DNA of 64,000 bases from an uncultured Thermoleophilia bacterium (lineage in GTDB: Bacteria; Actinomycetota; Thermoleophilia; UBA2241): the NCBI GenBank assembly GCA_963798285.1, contig CAWCSR010000003.1, positions 947,268 through 1,011,267 on the forward strand, read 5' to 3'. The notes under the pieces were generated by a model. That model worked only from the letters and a program-made list of their open reading frames with translations, was not told the DNA's origin and ran no database searches. The position numbers were made by a program, and so were the translations under genes. Each line of letters starts with the position of its first letter. Position 1 is the stretch's first letter. Positions 35,379 through 47,104 of the stretch are shown here, piece by piece.

Positions 35379-37127
35379 TCAGCTCTCGAGCGGCGGCAAG
35401 CTCCCCCCAGCCGCGGATCGCGTAGTAGTCGCGCGAGCATCGCGGTCATCTCCTCTTGCGGGAAGGTGAGCGCCCCCTCGTCCTCCATCGGCTTCTCGGT
35501 GACCCAGTCCGGCAGCTTCTCGGACTCGCGGCCGATGCCGCGCGCCGCGTTGAAGTCGTGCGTCATCGTGATGATGCGGTTGGCGATGCTTGTGCAGGTC
35601 CTCTTCGGTGTAGTCGGTGCCGATGACCGCGTTGACGACCGCGGTGATGTACGGCCACTGCACCATGTCGCGGTAGAAGCGGCAGTAGACCAGCGTGTCC
35701 ATGATGGTGAGCCGGTCTTCCCAGTCGCAGTAGATCGCCGCCTTGCCCTCGGTCTCGCCGTACGGCGTGACGCCGAGCAGTTCCGGCTTGTACATCGTGG
35801 CGCGCAGGTGGCAGGCGCCGCGGGCCGTGGTCGCGAAGCCGAGGCCCATGCCCTTCATCTTGCGCGGCTCGTAGCCCGCAGGCGCCATGCCCTTGGCGTG
35901 CACGGCCACGTCCTCGAGGCCGTACTCCTTGGCGACTGCAGCGACACCCTCCGCCCAAAGGTCGCCGATGCCTTCACGCAGGCACAGCTTCTCGAGGAAC
36001 GCGCCGACGCCGACGGGATCGTTCCAGGTGAGCTTCTCGTCGATCAGGCCGCGCTCGGCGCACTCGATGGCCAGCGCGCAGAGGTTGCCGGCGTCCATGG
36101 TGTCGACGCCGAGCCGGTCGCAGATGTCGTTGAGCCACATGATCTCGGCGAAGTCGTCGATCTCGCAGAGGCCGCCGAAGACGTAGGCGGTCTCGTACTC
36201 CGGACCCTCGATCACGAGACCCTCGTGACGCCCCTTGAACACAGTGTTGCGCTTGACGCACTTGAACACGCACGGCGGGCACGTCTGGTTGACGGTGCCG
36301 TGCTCGGCGAGCATGGTCTCGACGGTGATGCGCTCGAAGTTCTCCAGCGTGCCCTTGCGCCAGTAACGCGTGGGGAACGCGTTGGCGCCGTTCATGATGC
36401 GCACCATGTTGAGCGTGCCGCCGCGCTGGTACGCAGCGACGCCGGCGTCGTCCTTGGTGCGCTCGATGAGGTCCCGCACGACGACCTTGAAGTCGTCGGG
36501 ACGCGCGACCTCGACCTTCTTCTCGCCGTGCCAGACGAGGCCCTTGAGGTTCTTGGAGCCGTACACCGCGCCGGGGCCGCCGCGACCGAGCTGGTGCCAG
36601 TAGTTGTTGTTGACGCAGGCGAACTTCACGAGCTTCTCGCCGGCCGGGCCGATGACGCAGGCCTGTGCCCGCTTGTGCGGCGTGCGCGCGAGGATCTCGT
36701 CCTCGGCCTTGAAGGCGTCCATGCCCCACAGGTCGGAGGCGTCGTGGAAGGCGGCGCCTTCTTCACTGATCTCGAGGTACACGGGCGTGTCGGCCTTGCC
36801 CTCGACGATCACGACCTTGTAGCCGGTGCGCGCGAACTGCGGCGTGAGGTTGCCGCCCGAGTAGCACTCGCCGTAGCCGCCGGTGAGCGGCGAGGCGAAG
36901 TACAGCGCATAACGGTTGCTGCCGAGCATCGACGTGCCGCCCATGGGGCCGACCACGAAGATGAGCTTGTTCTCCGGGCTCAGCGGATCGACCTCCGGGC
37001 CGACCTCCTGCATGAGGTAGTGCGTGCCGATGCCCTTGGCCCCGATGAGCTCCTTGATGAGCGCCGGCGGGACCGTGTCCTCAGAGGTCGTGCGCGTGGT
37101 CAGGTCGATGCGGAGAAGGTCGCCCAT
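35379..37127 (-). CDS. aldehyde:ferredoxin oxidoreductase (tungstopterin AOR family); two frameshifts near the C-terminus
   Basis: AOR N-terminal domain MGDLLRIDLTTRT…YGSKNLKG. Cys ligands for the 4Fe-4S cluster lie in …NQTCPPCVFKCVKRN… and …GLCEID…. C-terminal …TARGACHLRATMYK…. Confidence 0.85.
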   Translation of the reverse strand: MGDLLRIDLTTRTTSEDTVPPALIKELIGAKGIGTHYLMQEVGPEVDPLSPENKLIFVVGPMGGTSMLGSNRYALYFASPLTGGYGECYSGGNLTPQFARTGYKVVIVEGKADTPVYLEISEEGAAFHDASDLWGMDAFKAEDEILARTPHKRAQACVIGPAGEKLVKFACVNNNYWHQLGRGGPGAVYGSKNLKGLVWHGEKKVEVARPDDFKVVVRDLIERTKDDAGVAAYQRGGTLNMVRIMNGANAFPTRYWRKGTLENFERITVETMLAEHGTVNQTCPPCVFKCVKRNTVFKGRHEGLVIEGPEYETAYVFGGLCEIDDFAEIMWLNDICDRLGVDTMDAGNLCALAIECAERGLIDEKLTWNDPVGVGAFLEKLCLREGIGDLWAEGVAAVAKEYGLEDVAVHAKGMAPAGYEPRKMKGMGLGFATTARGACHLRATMYKPELLGVTPYGETEGKAAIYCDWEDRLTIMDTLVYCRFYRDMVQWPYITAVVNAVIGTDYTEEDLHKHRQPHHHDDARLQRGARHRPRVREAAGLGHREADGGRGGAHLPARGDDRDARATTTRSAAGGSLPPLES

Positions 37128-37243
37128 TCATGCTCCTTTGTGCCGTGAAAGCCGCAGCCCGGCCTCCTTCCGCTGCGCCGCGGCCACCCCTGGTCGGCGG
37201 AGCTCGCCGTGGCGAGGTGCGCAGGGAACGCGCCCCGAACGGA

Positions 37244-37280
37244 AGGAGCCGCGCCCGGACCTTACGTCCGGGCGCGGCTC
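37244..37280 (-). terminator. hairpin downstream of ald (and upstream of the AOR gene)
   Basis: GGAGCCGCGCCCGGAC-cttac-GTCCGGGCGCGGCTCC, a perfect 16-bp stem. Confidence 0.4.
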
Positions 37281-37337
37281 CATTCAACCAGCTTGGTTCA
37301 GCCGCGGCCAGTGGCCGCCGCGTAACCGAATGCTGTT

Positions 37338-38459
<1,122 letters not shown>

Positions 38460-38758
38460 GACTCCTCCTCGCTCTTCATGCCGTACATTGGCTCAAGACT
38501 CGGATGTGCACCACTGTGCACGGCGGCAGTCTACCAACAACGGAGCGCGCAGAAAAGCCCAAAACCCAAAAGAAGCGCCCACTACTGAACTATCCGTAAG
38601 AGGCCGATCCGGCGCTTCGTGGTGCCTTCCTTTGTACTGTGCGATATGGGAATACCACATTGACCGGGCTCGAGGCGACCAGGACCTCGCCGGGCCGTCT
38701 GGACCATACCAGCGCCGCTCCTATATCGTAGCGTGAGGTCACTGGAGGGAGCGCCGGC

Positions 38759-39772
38759 GTGATGACCGATCCGAGGGGCGTCCACGAGAGCATCGCGGCC
38801 ATCGCCGAGCCGCTCGGCGGCACGGTCGGCGTAGCCGCCCGTAACCTGGCGAGCGGCGCCGAGTTGCACGTGGCCGCCGACGACCTCTTCCCTATGGCCA
38901 GTTGCTTCAAGATCCCGGTCATGGTCGAGGTGATGCGGCAGACGGACGCCGGTGGCCTCCGCCTGGACGACCGGCTCACGGTCACCGAGGCCGACAAGAG
39001 CCCCGGCAGCACGCTCATCCACTGTCACGAAGGCCTGCGCCCCAGCGTGCGCGACCTCCTCTACCTGATGATCACCTTGAGCGACAACACCGCGACGGAC
39101 ATGCTCTGGCGACTCGTCGGCCTCGTGTCCGTCAACCAGACCATGCGCCTGCTCGGCCTGGAGACGATCGACTGCTTCATGCCCAACCGTGAGTACTTCC
39201 TCATCGAGTCGGGCGCGGGCGAAGGATGGGAGGGGCTGAGCGGGCCGGAGATCGTCGCCCGCTGGCGGGAGCTCGAAGCTCGCAGGGGCCGCGAGGACAC
39301 GTTCCGGCGCATCCTCGAGGAGAACGAACGCCTCAGCGGCTCCGGGTTCCTGCACCTCTACGAACGGCGCTGGGGCCGCGACGAGTCGCTCGACTACGAC
39401 GACTCCTTCGCGGTGGACCAGGCGCTCGACAACATGGGCTCGCCGCGCGACATGGCGCAGCTCCTCGGCATGATCGTCCAGAACCAGTGCGCCACGGCGC
39501 CGTCCTGCAGGCTCATGCTGGAGGTGCTGGCTCACCAGGAGTGGCGCGAGAAGATCCCGGCAGGATTGCCCGGCGGCCTCATGGTGGCCAACAAGACCGG
39601 CGGCGTCAGCGGCACCAGCAACGACGCCGCGATCGTCTACACGCCCACCGGGGCACCACTGGTCATGGTCGTATTCTGGAAGGGACTTGGCTACGAGGCC
39701 ACAGGCCGCGCGGCCGAAGCCATCGCGGACATCGCCGCCGTGCTGTACGAGCATCTCAGAGAGCCGGCATGA
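38759..39772 (+). CDS. class-A beta-lactamase-related serine hydrolase
   Basis: Motifs SCFK (SxxK), SDN (TLSDNTATD) and KTG (ANKTGGVSG). Intact; 337 aa. Confidence 0.7.
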   Translation: MMTDPRGVHESIAAIAEPLGGTVGVAARNLASGAELHVAADDLFPMASCFKIPVMVEVMRQTDAGGLRLDDRLTVTEADKSPGSTLIHCHEGLRPSVRDLLYLMITLSDNTATDMLWRLVGLVSVNQTMRLLGLETIDCFMPNREYFLIESGAGEGWEGLSGPEIVARWRELEARRGREDTFRRILEENERLSGSGFLHLYERRWGRDESLDYDDSFAVDQALDNMGSPRDMAQLLGMIVQNQCATAPSCRLMLEVLAHQEWREKIPAGLPGGLMVANKTGGVSGTSNDAAIVYTPTGAPLVMVVFWKGLGYEATGRAAEAIADIAAVLYEHLREPA

Positions 39773-40506
39773 GGGTCGCCGGCGCCAGGGTGCTCGTGGT
39801 CGGCGGCGTGCGCCGCCTCGGCCGCGCCATCGCGCTCGACCTCGCCGCTGGGGGCGCCGCGGTGGTCGTCTCCTCGCGCGCGCGCACGAGCGCGGCTGAC
39901 CAGCAGGTGGCCGCGCTGAGCGCGGCCGGGGCAGCGGCAGCCGCCGTGGTCGAAGGAGACGTGCGCGGAGCGACCGGCGCCGCGGATCTCGTGAGCGCCG
40001 CCGCGGCGGCGCTGGGCGGGCTGGATGCGCTCGTCTACGCGGCGAGCGGCCCGTTCGTGCCACAGCTCCCGCAGGCGATCGGCGAGGAGGCGTGGGACGC
40101 GTCCATGGACACGATCGCCAAGGGCTTCTTCTTCACCGCCTGCGCCGCCCGCGAGCGGCTCTCCCCGGGCGGCGTCGTCGTCGCCATCACGGACTACCTC
40201 GGCCTGCAGCCGTGGGCGACGTTCGCCGCCCACGGCGCCGCCAAGGCGGCCGAGATCCACCTGGTCAAGGAGCTCGCGCGAGCGTGGGCGCCGGACGGCT
40301 TCCGCGTCTGCGGCGTCGCGCCCGGCCCCGTGGACCTCGACGACGACGAGCATAGGGCCGCCACCCTGCGGGCGGCCGCCAGGGTGGCCACCGAACGGCT
40401 CGTCGCGCCCGGCGACGTCGGCGCGGCCGTCCGCTTCTGCCTTGAGACGGACGGCGTGACCGGGGTCAACATCGCCGTCGACAACGGCTCGCTGGTCATG
40501 TCGTGA
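39769..40506 (+). CDS. SDR-family oxidoreductase
   Basis: VLVVGGVRRLGRAIALDLAAGGAAVVV… and catalytic region …AAHGAAKAA…. ATGA overlap with the upstream gene. Confidence 0.7.
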   Translation: MRVAGARVLVVGGVRRLGRAIALDLAAGGAAVVVSSRARTSAADQQVAALSAAGAAAAAVVEGDVRGATGAADLVSAAAAALGGLDALVYAASGPFVPQLPQAIGEEAWDASMDTIAKGFFFTACAARERLSPGGVVVAITDYLGLQPWATFAAHGAAKAAEIHLVKELARAWAPDGFRVCGVAPGPVDLDDDEHRAATLRAAARVATERLVAPGDVGAAVRFCLETDGVTGVNIAVDNGSLVMS

Positions 40507-40562
40507 GGTGAGCCGCGCCGGACGGCGCGGCGGAGGCCGGCGCGGCTGCGCCGGCCGGGGAG

Positions 40563-42209
40563 TCAGGCCGAAGCCGGCTTGCCCTTCTTGGACTGGTCGA
40601 TGAGCTCCTTGGCCTTGAGGGCCAGCCAGAACTCCATGCGGTCCTGCGACTGGTTGAGGTCGCGGCCGGTGATCTCCTCCACGCGCTTCATGCGGTAGCG
40701 CAGCGTGTGGCGGTGGACGTACAGCTTCTCGGCGGCGTCGCCCCAGTGGCCGTTGGCCTCGAGGAAGCAGGCGAGACTCTTGACGAGATCGCTCGAGTTC
40801 TGCTCGTCGTACTCCTGGAGCTTGCCGAGCACGCTGTCGTAGAAGACCTCCAGCGACAGCGTGTCCTGGAGCCCGAGCAGCAGGCCGTAGGAGCCCAGGT
40901 CGTCGAAGCTGGCGATGACCCTGGGCTCGCCCTTGAGCTTGCGGATCTTGATGGCGTAGCTCGCCTCGTAGTAGCTCTGGCGCAGGTCGATGAGCTGCCG
41001 GTGCGGCCGCCCGATGCCGACCGACACGGAGATCTCCGGCAGCATCTCGGCGATGATGGCCTGCAGCTCGCCGGCGAGCTTGATGATCTCCTCCGTGTCC
41101 ATCTTGCCGGGCTGGACGAGGATGACGACCGAGTCGCTGCGCGACGCGCTGATACAGAGCACGTCGCGCCTCGCCATGAACTCGTCGACGGTCCAGTGCA
41201 GCCGCTCCTTGACGTCCTGCGCGGCGGCCTCGGTGCGCTCCGCCGCGTCGCCCTCGGGTTCGTCGATGTCGACGAGGACGATGAGGTGCGGCGACTGCGG
41301 CTCGAGCCCGAAGAAAGCGAGCCGGCGGGCGATCTCCTCCTCGTAGAGGTCGCTGGCGATGAGCTCGTCGAAGAAGTCGCCGGCGAGGCGCTTCTCGGTC
41401 TCGGCCACGGCCTTCTTCTTGACCAGCTCCAGCGCCGTCACCGTGACGACGTTGTGCAGGATGATGCGGTCGTACTCGCTGAAGTCGCCGCTGTCCTTGA
41501 CCACGGCGAGGAACGCGCCGATGCGGTGCGAGGCGACGACCGGATAGACCTGTACGCCCGAACCCACGCCCTCCATGCTGAGGGCGAAGTTCTGGCGGTC
41601 GGCGCGACGGTCGCTGATCATGCCCCACAGGTCGGCGACGAGCTCGGCGCCGAGGTGGCGGCGGTACGCCGCCTCACAGAGCACCACGCCGTGGAAGTCG
41701 AAGAGTACGGCCGAGCAGCCGACGAGGGCCGAGAGCGTGGAGAGGATGGCCTCGAGGCCCTTCTCCTCCAGCACGATCTTGGTGAGCTTCTCGTGGACGG
41801 CCAGGCTGCGCTGCAGCAGCGAGTACTGTTCGTTGACGATCTTGGACGCGACGGCCTCGGTGATGGCCAGGAACGGGACGTGGTAGGGCACCTCGAACAG
41901 CGGAAAGCCGTACTCCTCGGCCACTGCGACGATCGCCGGCGGCACCTTGTCGAAACTGAAGCCGGTGCCGAACCCGAGGCCGGAGATGTTGTGGTCGATG
42001 AGGCGCTTGATCTGCGCCACCTGCTGCTCCTCGTCACCGACGAAACTGTAGCCGGTGGTAAGCAGCAGCTCGCCGCCCTTGAGCCACTTGGTGGGATCCG
42101 GGACCTCGGTGATGTGGACCCATCGCACGGGGTTGCTGGTGGACTTGTGACCGGCCAGCAGACGCAGGTTCAGCTCGGAGATCTCGAGGATGTCCTGGAC
42201 AGTGATCAT
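40563..42209 (-). CDS. PucR/CdaR-family transcriptional regulator
   Basis: 548 aa. N-terminal purine-catabolism-regulator-like domain, GGDEF-like middle domain, and C-terminal PucR HTH (…YVHRHTLRYRMKRVEEITGRDL…). Intact. Confidence 0.8.
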   Translation of the reverse strand: MITVQDILEISELNLRLLAGHKSTSNPVRWVHITEVPDPTKWLKGGELLLTTGYSFVGDEEQQVAQIKRLIDHNISGLGFGTGFSFDKVPPAIVAVAEEYGFPLFEVPYHVPFLAITEAVASKIVNEQYSLLQRSLAVHEKLTKIVLEEKGLEAILSTLSALVGCSAVLFDFHGVVLCEAAYRRHLGAELVADLWGMISDRRADRQNFALSMEGVGSGVQVYPVVASHRIGAFLAVVKDSGDFSEYDRIILHNVVTVTALELVKKKAVAETEKRLAGDFFDELIASDLYEEEIARRLAFFGLEPQSPHLIVLVDIDEPEGDAAERTEAAAQDVKERLHWTVDEFMARRDVLCISASRSDSVVILVQPGKMDTEEIIKLAGELQAIIAEMLPEISVSVGIGRPHRQLIDLRQSYYEASYAIKIRKLKGEPRVIASFDDLGSYGLLLGLQDTLSLEVFYDSVLGKLQEYDEQNSSDLVKSLACFLEANGHWGDAAEKLYVHRHTLRYRMKRVEEITGRDLNQSQDRMEFWLALKAKELIDQSKKGKPASA

Positions 42210-42382
42210 CGTCGCGATTCTACACGATGTCCTAGTACAAGGCTACGGCGACGGCCGTCCGGCCCTCGCCGGGTTTGTACGTTTCGGCACCTGGTGCGTC
42301 GTGAGGAGTCTCGCGACCGTCAGCGAGACCCGAACGAGCCACGCCGGGCCGGGCGCCGCTTTCGCGGCGCCCGGCCCGCCTG

Positions 42383-44257
42383 TCACTCTGTGATCGCGCG
42401 GCCGCGGCGGCGGCGAAGCGCCAGCGCCACGACGGCGGCGGCGACCGCCACGACGATGACGATGATGATGATCGCCGTCGTCGACGAGGACGAGCTGCTG
42501 CTCTGATCCTGCGTGGCCGTCTGCGGACGAAGGTTGAGGTAGCTGTCGACGTTGTCCGTGGACATCACCACGAGACCATCCTCGGCAGGATACGGTACCC
42601 AACCGGTCCACTTCGCCGTGTTGTAGGCGACCAGCGCCTTGGGATAACAGATCACGACGTAGGGCGCCGCCTGGTAGAACATCTGCTGCATCTGCTGGAC
42701 TTCGGCAGCGCGCTTGGCCGGGTCCATCTCGGAGGACTGCTGCGCGTACAGCCGATCGTAGGCCGGGTCCGAGTACAGTGAGTCGTTCCACATCTCGATC
42801 TGGCTCGTCGTCTCCACGCCGAGCATGTAGTCCGGGTCCGCGTACTCGCCCCAGCCCCAGATGAACATGTCGTAGTCGGGGGCGTAGGTGTCTCCCTTGT
42901 AGTTCCAGATGCCATCACTGATCGAGCCGTCGTTCATGACCGTGAGCTCGATGTCGATGCCGATCGACTGGAACGACCCGGCGATCAGCTTGCCGGCGCG
43001 CTGCTGCTCGGGCGACTCGTTGCGCGTCCACAGACGAAGCTTGATGGGCTTGCCCTGCTTGTCCTCGCGGATGCCGTCGCCATTGGTGTCCTTGTAGCCG
43101 GCGGCGTCCAGGAGTTGCTTCGCCTTATTGAGGTCGTAGCCGAAGGTCATGTCCGCGGGCGGCGTCCATGCGTAGTCGGTCGTGGGCGTGAGGATGGACT
43201 GCCCGACTGCGGCGTAGCCGCCGAAGCACGTGTCGACGATCTTCTGCTTGTCCACCGCCCAGCTGACCGCCTGACGGAACTTGGGGTCTTTGAGCACGGG
43301 ATTGCCGAGCGAGGCCGGCTTGCCGTACACGTTGAAGCAGAGATGGTCGAAGTAGCGGTACTGCGCCGCGACGGCCTTGATCCCGGGCTCACTCTTCAGG
43401 GCGTTGAACTGCGCGACCGGCAGGCCGTAGGCGGCGTCGATGTTCCCGGCTTTGAGGTCCATGGTCATGGTGTCCTGGTTCGTGTACACCTCGATCAGGA
43501 TCTCGTCGATGTGAGGGGCGCCCTTCCAGTAGTTCTTGTTGGCGACCAGGCGGACGTACTCACCCTTCTTGGCCTCGACCACCTGGAACGGCCCGCTCCC
43601 GACGATCGGAAGCTCGTTCTGGTAGTCGTTGCCGGCGCTCTTGCCCGGGACCTTGCCCCACACGTGCTCGGGCACGATCGGGATCCAGAGGCGCAACATG
43701 TCCGATTTGGGCTTGGTAAGTATGAACTTGACCGTCGTGTCGTCCACGGCGACGGCCTTCTTGATATTGGTGGTGTAGCTCGTGTACGCAGCCAGCTGGT
43801 TGTCGATGATGTAGTTGTAGGTGAACGCGACGTCCTTGGCGGTCAGCGGCTGGCCATCCTGCCAGGTCACTCCGGGGTGCAGCTTGAACGTCCACTCGAG
43901 GCCGTCGGGGCTGCTGCTCCAGCTGTCGGCCAGCTCAGGCTGCGGCGCTCCGTCGCTCGCCCGATAGCCGACGAGGAGGTCGTAGTTGAGGTGATAGACC
44001 TCGTAGGCCGTCGTCGAGTACCCCATGAACGGGTTGAGGTTGTCGACGTCCTGCGTGGTACCGATCCGCAGCACCACCTTGGCCGCTCCGGGTGAAGGAG
44101 AGGGGCTCAAGGCCACCGCACTCCCTGTCCCCCAGACGACGCCACCGGCCAGAAGGAACGCGAGCGCGCACAGCACGTACCTCCTGCGCCCACTCCTCAG
44201 CACACCACTCTGCATAGCCATCCCCTCTCCCATGAACGAACGGATCGGCCGGGACAC
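42383..44257 (-). CDS. ABC transporter substrate-binding protein, family 5 (Opp/Dpp-type), with C-terminal Ser-rich linker and TM anchor
   Basis: Signal peptide. SBP_bac_5 core (…LRIGTTQDVDNLNPF…). C-terminal …QSSSSSSSTTAIIIIVIVVAVAAAVVALALRRRRG. Intact. Confidence 0.8.
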   Translation of the reverse strand: MSRPIRSFMGEGMAMQSGVLRSGRRRYVLCALAFLLAGGVVWGTGSAVALSPSPSPGAAKVVLRIGTTQDVDNLNPFMGYSTTAYEVYHLNYDLLVGYRASDGAPQPELADSWSSSPDGLEWTFKLHPGVTWQDGQPLTAKDVAFTYNYIIDNQLAAYTSYTTNIKKAVAVDDTTVKFILTKPKSDMLRLWIPIVPEHVWGKVPGKSAGNDYQNELPIVGSGPFQVVEAKKGEYVRLVANKNYWKGAPHIDEILIEVYTNQDTMTMDLKAGNIDAAYGLPVAQFNALKSEPGIKAVAAQYRYFDHLCFNVYGKPASLGNPVLKDPKFRQAVSWAVDKQKIVDTCFGGYAAVGQSILTPTTDYAWTPPADMTFGYDLNKAKQLLDAAGYKDTNGDGIREDKQGKPIKLRLWTRNESPEQQRAGKLIAGSFQSIGIDIELTVMNDGSISDGIWNYKGDTYAPDYDMFIWGWGEYADPDYMLGVETTSQIEMWNDSLYSDPAYDRLYAQQSSEMDPAKRAAEVQQMQQMFYQAAPYVVICYPKALVAYNTAKWTGWVPYPAEDGLVVMSTDNVDSYLNLRPQTATQDQSSSSSSSTTAIIIIVIVVAVAAAVVALALRRRRGRAITE

Positions 44258-44337
44258 CCCGTCCCAGCCGCAGTCACCTTATCAGTTTCGACGATCCCGC
44301 CACTCCAATGCGGGACCACGGCTGTCCGCAGGCCGGC

Positions 44338-45987
44338 TCAGGCTCGGCGCAGCACCTGGCCGGGGAGCTCCCCCGTGTGCTCGCCCTCCTGGAGCACCGG
44401 CACGCCGTTCACGAGGACCCAGTCGATGCCCTCGGGTGAGGCGTGGGGGATGTTCTCGAAGGGGAACGTGTGCGGGAACAGATTGGTCGCCCGATCGCGC
44501 ACGCGGTCCAGGTCGAAGATCACGAGATCCGCCTTGAGGCCGGGCCGCAGGACGCCCCGGTCGAAGAGACGGAAGCGCTGCGCCGGGAAGGAGGTCATCT
44601 TGCGGACCGCTTCCTCGAGGCGCAGCACCGGCTCGTCGCGCACGTAGCGTTCGAGCACGCCCGGGTACTCTCCGTAGCTGCAGGGCCAGTAGAGGGACGG
44701 GTCGTCCTGCTCCTCCGGCGGCGCCATCACGAGCCCGTCGGACGAGATCATGGCGATGGGGCTCTGAAGCAGGGTGCGGATGTTCTTCTCCTCGATGTAG
44801 TCGAAGAGGCCGATGACGTCGTCGTCCTCCTCGACGATGAGGTCGAGGAAGGTGTCGAAGCCGTCGGCGCCGCGCTCGGCGGCGATGTCGGCGACGGAGC
44901 GGCCGCGCAGCTCCGGGTGGCGGCCGGCGTGAAACACGACCACGCGGTCGAAGCGGCCGTGACGCACGACGCCCGCGTAGCCGGCCCCCGGCAGTACGTC
45001 TTCCTGCACCTCGCGGCGCAGCGCTGCGCGCGATCCCGGGTCGGAGAGCAGCGCGATGAGCGCGTCGTGGCCGAGGTCGAGGACCGGCTGCGGCAGCGCC
45101 CGGGACAGGCGCGGGGCGAGATCGGTGTGCACGTCGTTGTCGGTGGTCGCGTCGAGCCCGCGCCGCCGGGCCTCCTCGATGAGCGCCAGGTTGGCGGTGG
45201 CGTCGTCGGGCGCTCCCCACTTGGGCGCGTTGTGCGAGACCTCGACGGGGCAGCCGGCGGCGCGTCCGAGCTCAAGCGCCTCGGTGACCGCGGCGAGGAT
45301 CGTCTCGCGCTCGCCGCGCACGTGCGAGGTGTAGATGCCCTGGTGACGCGCCACCACCCTGCACAGGCGCAGCAGTTCCTCGGTGCTCGCGAAGCAGCCG
45401 GGCGGGTAGACGAGGCCGCTGGACATGCCATGCGCGCCGGCGCGCATGGAGGCGTCGAGCAGGCGCTCCATGCGCGCCAGCTCGCGCTCGGTGACTGCTC
45501 GCTCGGCGAACCCGACAACGGCGAGCCGAAGCGCGCCGTGCCCGACCAGCGGAGCGATGTTGATGGCGTGCCCGGCGCGGCGCACGGCGGCCAGGTACTG
45601 GGCGAAGGTACGCCAGTCCCAAGCCACCGCCTCCAGCCCCCAGGCGTAGTGCGCCCAGTTCTGGATGGCGTCGTCGCGGCCGGCAGCCGTGAGCGGCGCC
45701 GCCGACATGCCGCAGTTGCCGGTGACGTGCGTCGTCACACCCTGGCGCACCGCGGTCTCGGCGCGAGGACGCAGCAGGATAGTCAGGTCGGAGTGCGTGT
45801 GCGGGTCGATGAAGCCGGGGGTGACGTAGCGGTCCGCCGCGTCGACGACGCGCCGGCCGCGCAGCGTCCCCGGCGCCCCGATGGCCGCGATCCGCTCGCC
45901 GCGCACGGCGACGTCACCGCGGTACCACGGGTTGCCGCAGCCGTCGACGATGCGCCCCCGCGAAACGACGAGATCGTGCACGGTCAT
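44338..45987 (-). CDS. N-acyl-D-amino-acid deacylase (D-aminoacylase) family amidohydrolase
   Basis: ATG after GGGGGAGG. …VTPGFIDPHTHSDL… metal-binding motif. About 549 aa, intact. Confidence 0.8.
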   Translation of the reverse strand: MTVHDLVVSRGRIVDGCGNPWYRGDVAVRGERIAAIGAPGTLRGRRVVDAADRYVTPGFIDPHTHSDLTILLRPRAETAVRQGVTTHVTGNCGMSAAPLTAAGRDDAIQNWAHYAWGLEAVAWDWRTFAQYLAAVRRAGHAINIAPLVGHGALRLAVVGFAERAVTERELARMERLLDASMRAGAHGMSSGLVYPPGCFASTEELLRLCRVVARHQGIYTSHVRGERETILAAVTEALELGRAAGCPVEVSHNAPKWGAPDDATANLALIEEARRRGLDATTDNDVHTDLAPRLSRALPQPVLDLGHDALIALLSDPGSRAALRREVQEDVLPGAGYAGVVRHGRFDRVVVFHAGRHPELRGRSVADIAAERGADGFDTFLDLIVEEDDDVIGLFDYIEEKNIRTLLQSPIAMISSDGLVMAPPEEQDDPSLYWPCSYGEYPGVLERYVRDEPVLRLEEAVRKMTSFPAQRFRLFDRGVLRPGLKADLVIFDLDRVRDRATNLFPHTFPFENIPHASPEGIDWVLVNGVPVLQEGEHTGELPGQVLRRA

Positions 45988-47100
45988 GCCTCCCCCATCT
46001 CGAACACCTGGTAGGGGTTCTCGCAGGGCGGTCCGGCGCAGGCGTACACGCGGCGCTCGTCGAGGTCGCAGATGATGCTGCCGACGGTCATGCCCTGGTC
46101 GGCCGGCGGCTGGCCCGGCTCCGGGTGGCCGCAGATACACTCCTGGAGCGACGGCTCATGGGTTCGCAGCACGCGCGCCACGAGCTCGAGCGGGTCCTCG
46201 CCGGCGGCGATGCCCTCCGCGAGCGAGCCGCTCCGCGGTGGAGAGCCGGACGACGGACTCGCCGCCGCCGTAGCCCTCGTAGGACTTCATGTCAGCGGAG
46301 TCGTAGTGGTTGGTGTGCGCCATGAACCCCGCCGCCGTGTGATCCATGAGGGCGTGGGCGGTCGCCGACGTCTCGAGGTCCCACAGCCTGCCGCCGGTGT
46401 CGGCGAAGAACTGGTTGGTGCCGCGGGCGCGGGCGGCAAGCAGACCCCGGTCCCGCGCATCCTCGAGCGTCCGCGCCTCCAGCGTCGCCCGGCGCACGAA
46501 CACGTTGGGCACGCCGATGCAGTTGTCGGTGGAGTGCACGGAGTTGCTCACGTTACCGATGCCGTGGCTGTTCATGCCCAGCATGAGCAGGTACGGCGCG
46601 CCGGCCAGGCCCATGATGCGGGTGCCGTCCGGCACGGTGAGGTCGAAGAGCACGTTGTTGACGGCGTCGATGACGTACCAGTCCATGTTGTGCCCGACGA
46701 TGTGGCGGCCGCCGCTGACGACGGCGACGGCGGTGCAGTGGTCGCCGGACCGGGGCGAGCGCGGCGCCGGCGGGCGCTCGCCCACTTGCTCCGCGGAGGT
46801 GAACTCCTCACCGCAGTTGAGCACCAGCAACTGGCCGACGGCGACGCGTGCGCCCTCGGCCAGCCCCTCGAGCTCGGCGACGTAGTCCGGCAGCCAGCGG
46901 CGCGCCTGCTCGGCGTAGGCGCCGGCCTGGCGCTCGGCTTCAGCGAACGTGAGGCGCCCGGCGGTCATGGAAATGAAGTGCTCGCGGAAGAAGTCGACAG
47001 AGGCCCGGACCTGCTCGCGGGCCGACTCGCCGACGGCGCGCCCGAGCTCCCTGTGCGAGCCCCGCGCCTGGACGTGGACGAACGGGATGGCCATGGGCAC
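45984..47100 (-). CDS. peptidase C45 / acyl-CoA:6-aminopenicillanic-acid acyltransferase-like Ntn hydrolase (frameshifted at ~46190)
   Basis: Overall family resemblance (…GHNMDWY…LLMLGMNSHGIGN…). The C-terminal about 60 aa lie in a second frame. Confidence 0.55.
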
Positions 47101-47104
47101 AGTC

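Noticed and set aside
42400-42520. A GAC/GAT-rich apparent tandem repeat.
   Set aside because: It encodes the Ser-rich linker and Ile/Val TM anchor of the SBP (…SSSSSSSTTAIIIIVIVVAVAAA…). It is codon repetition, not a repeat element.
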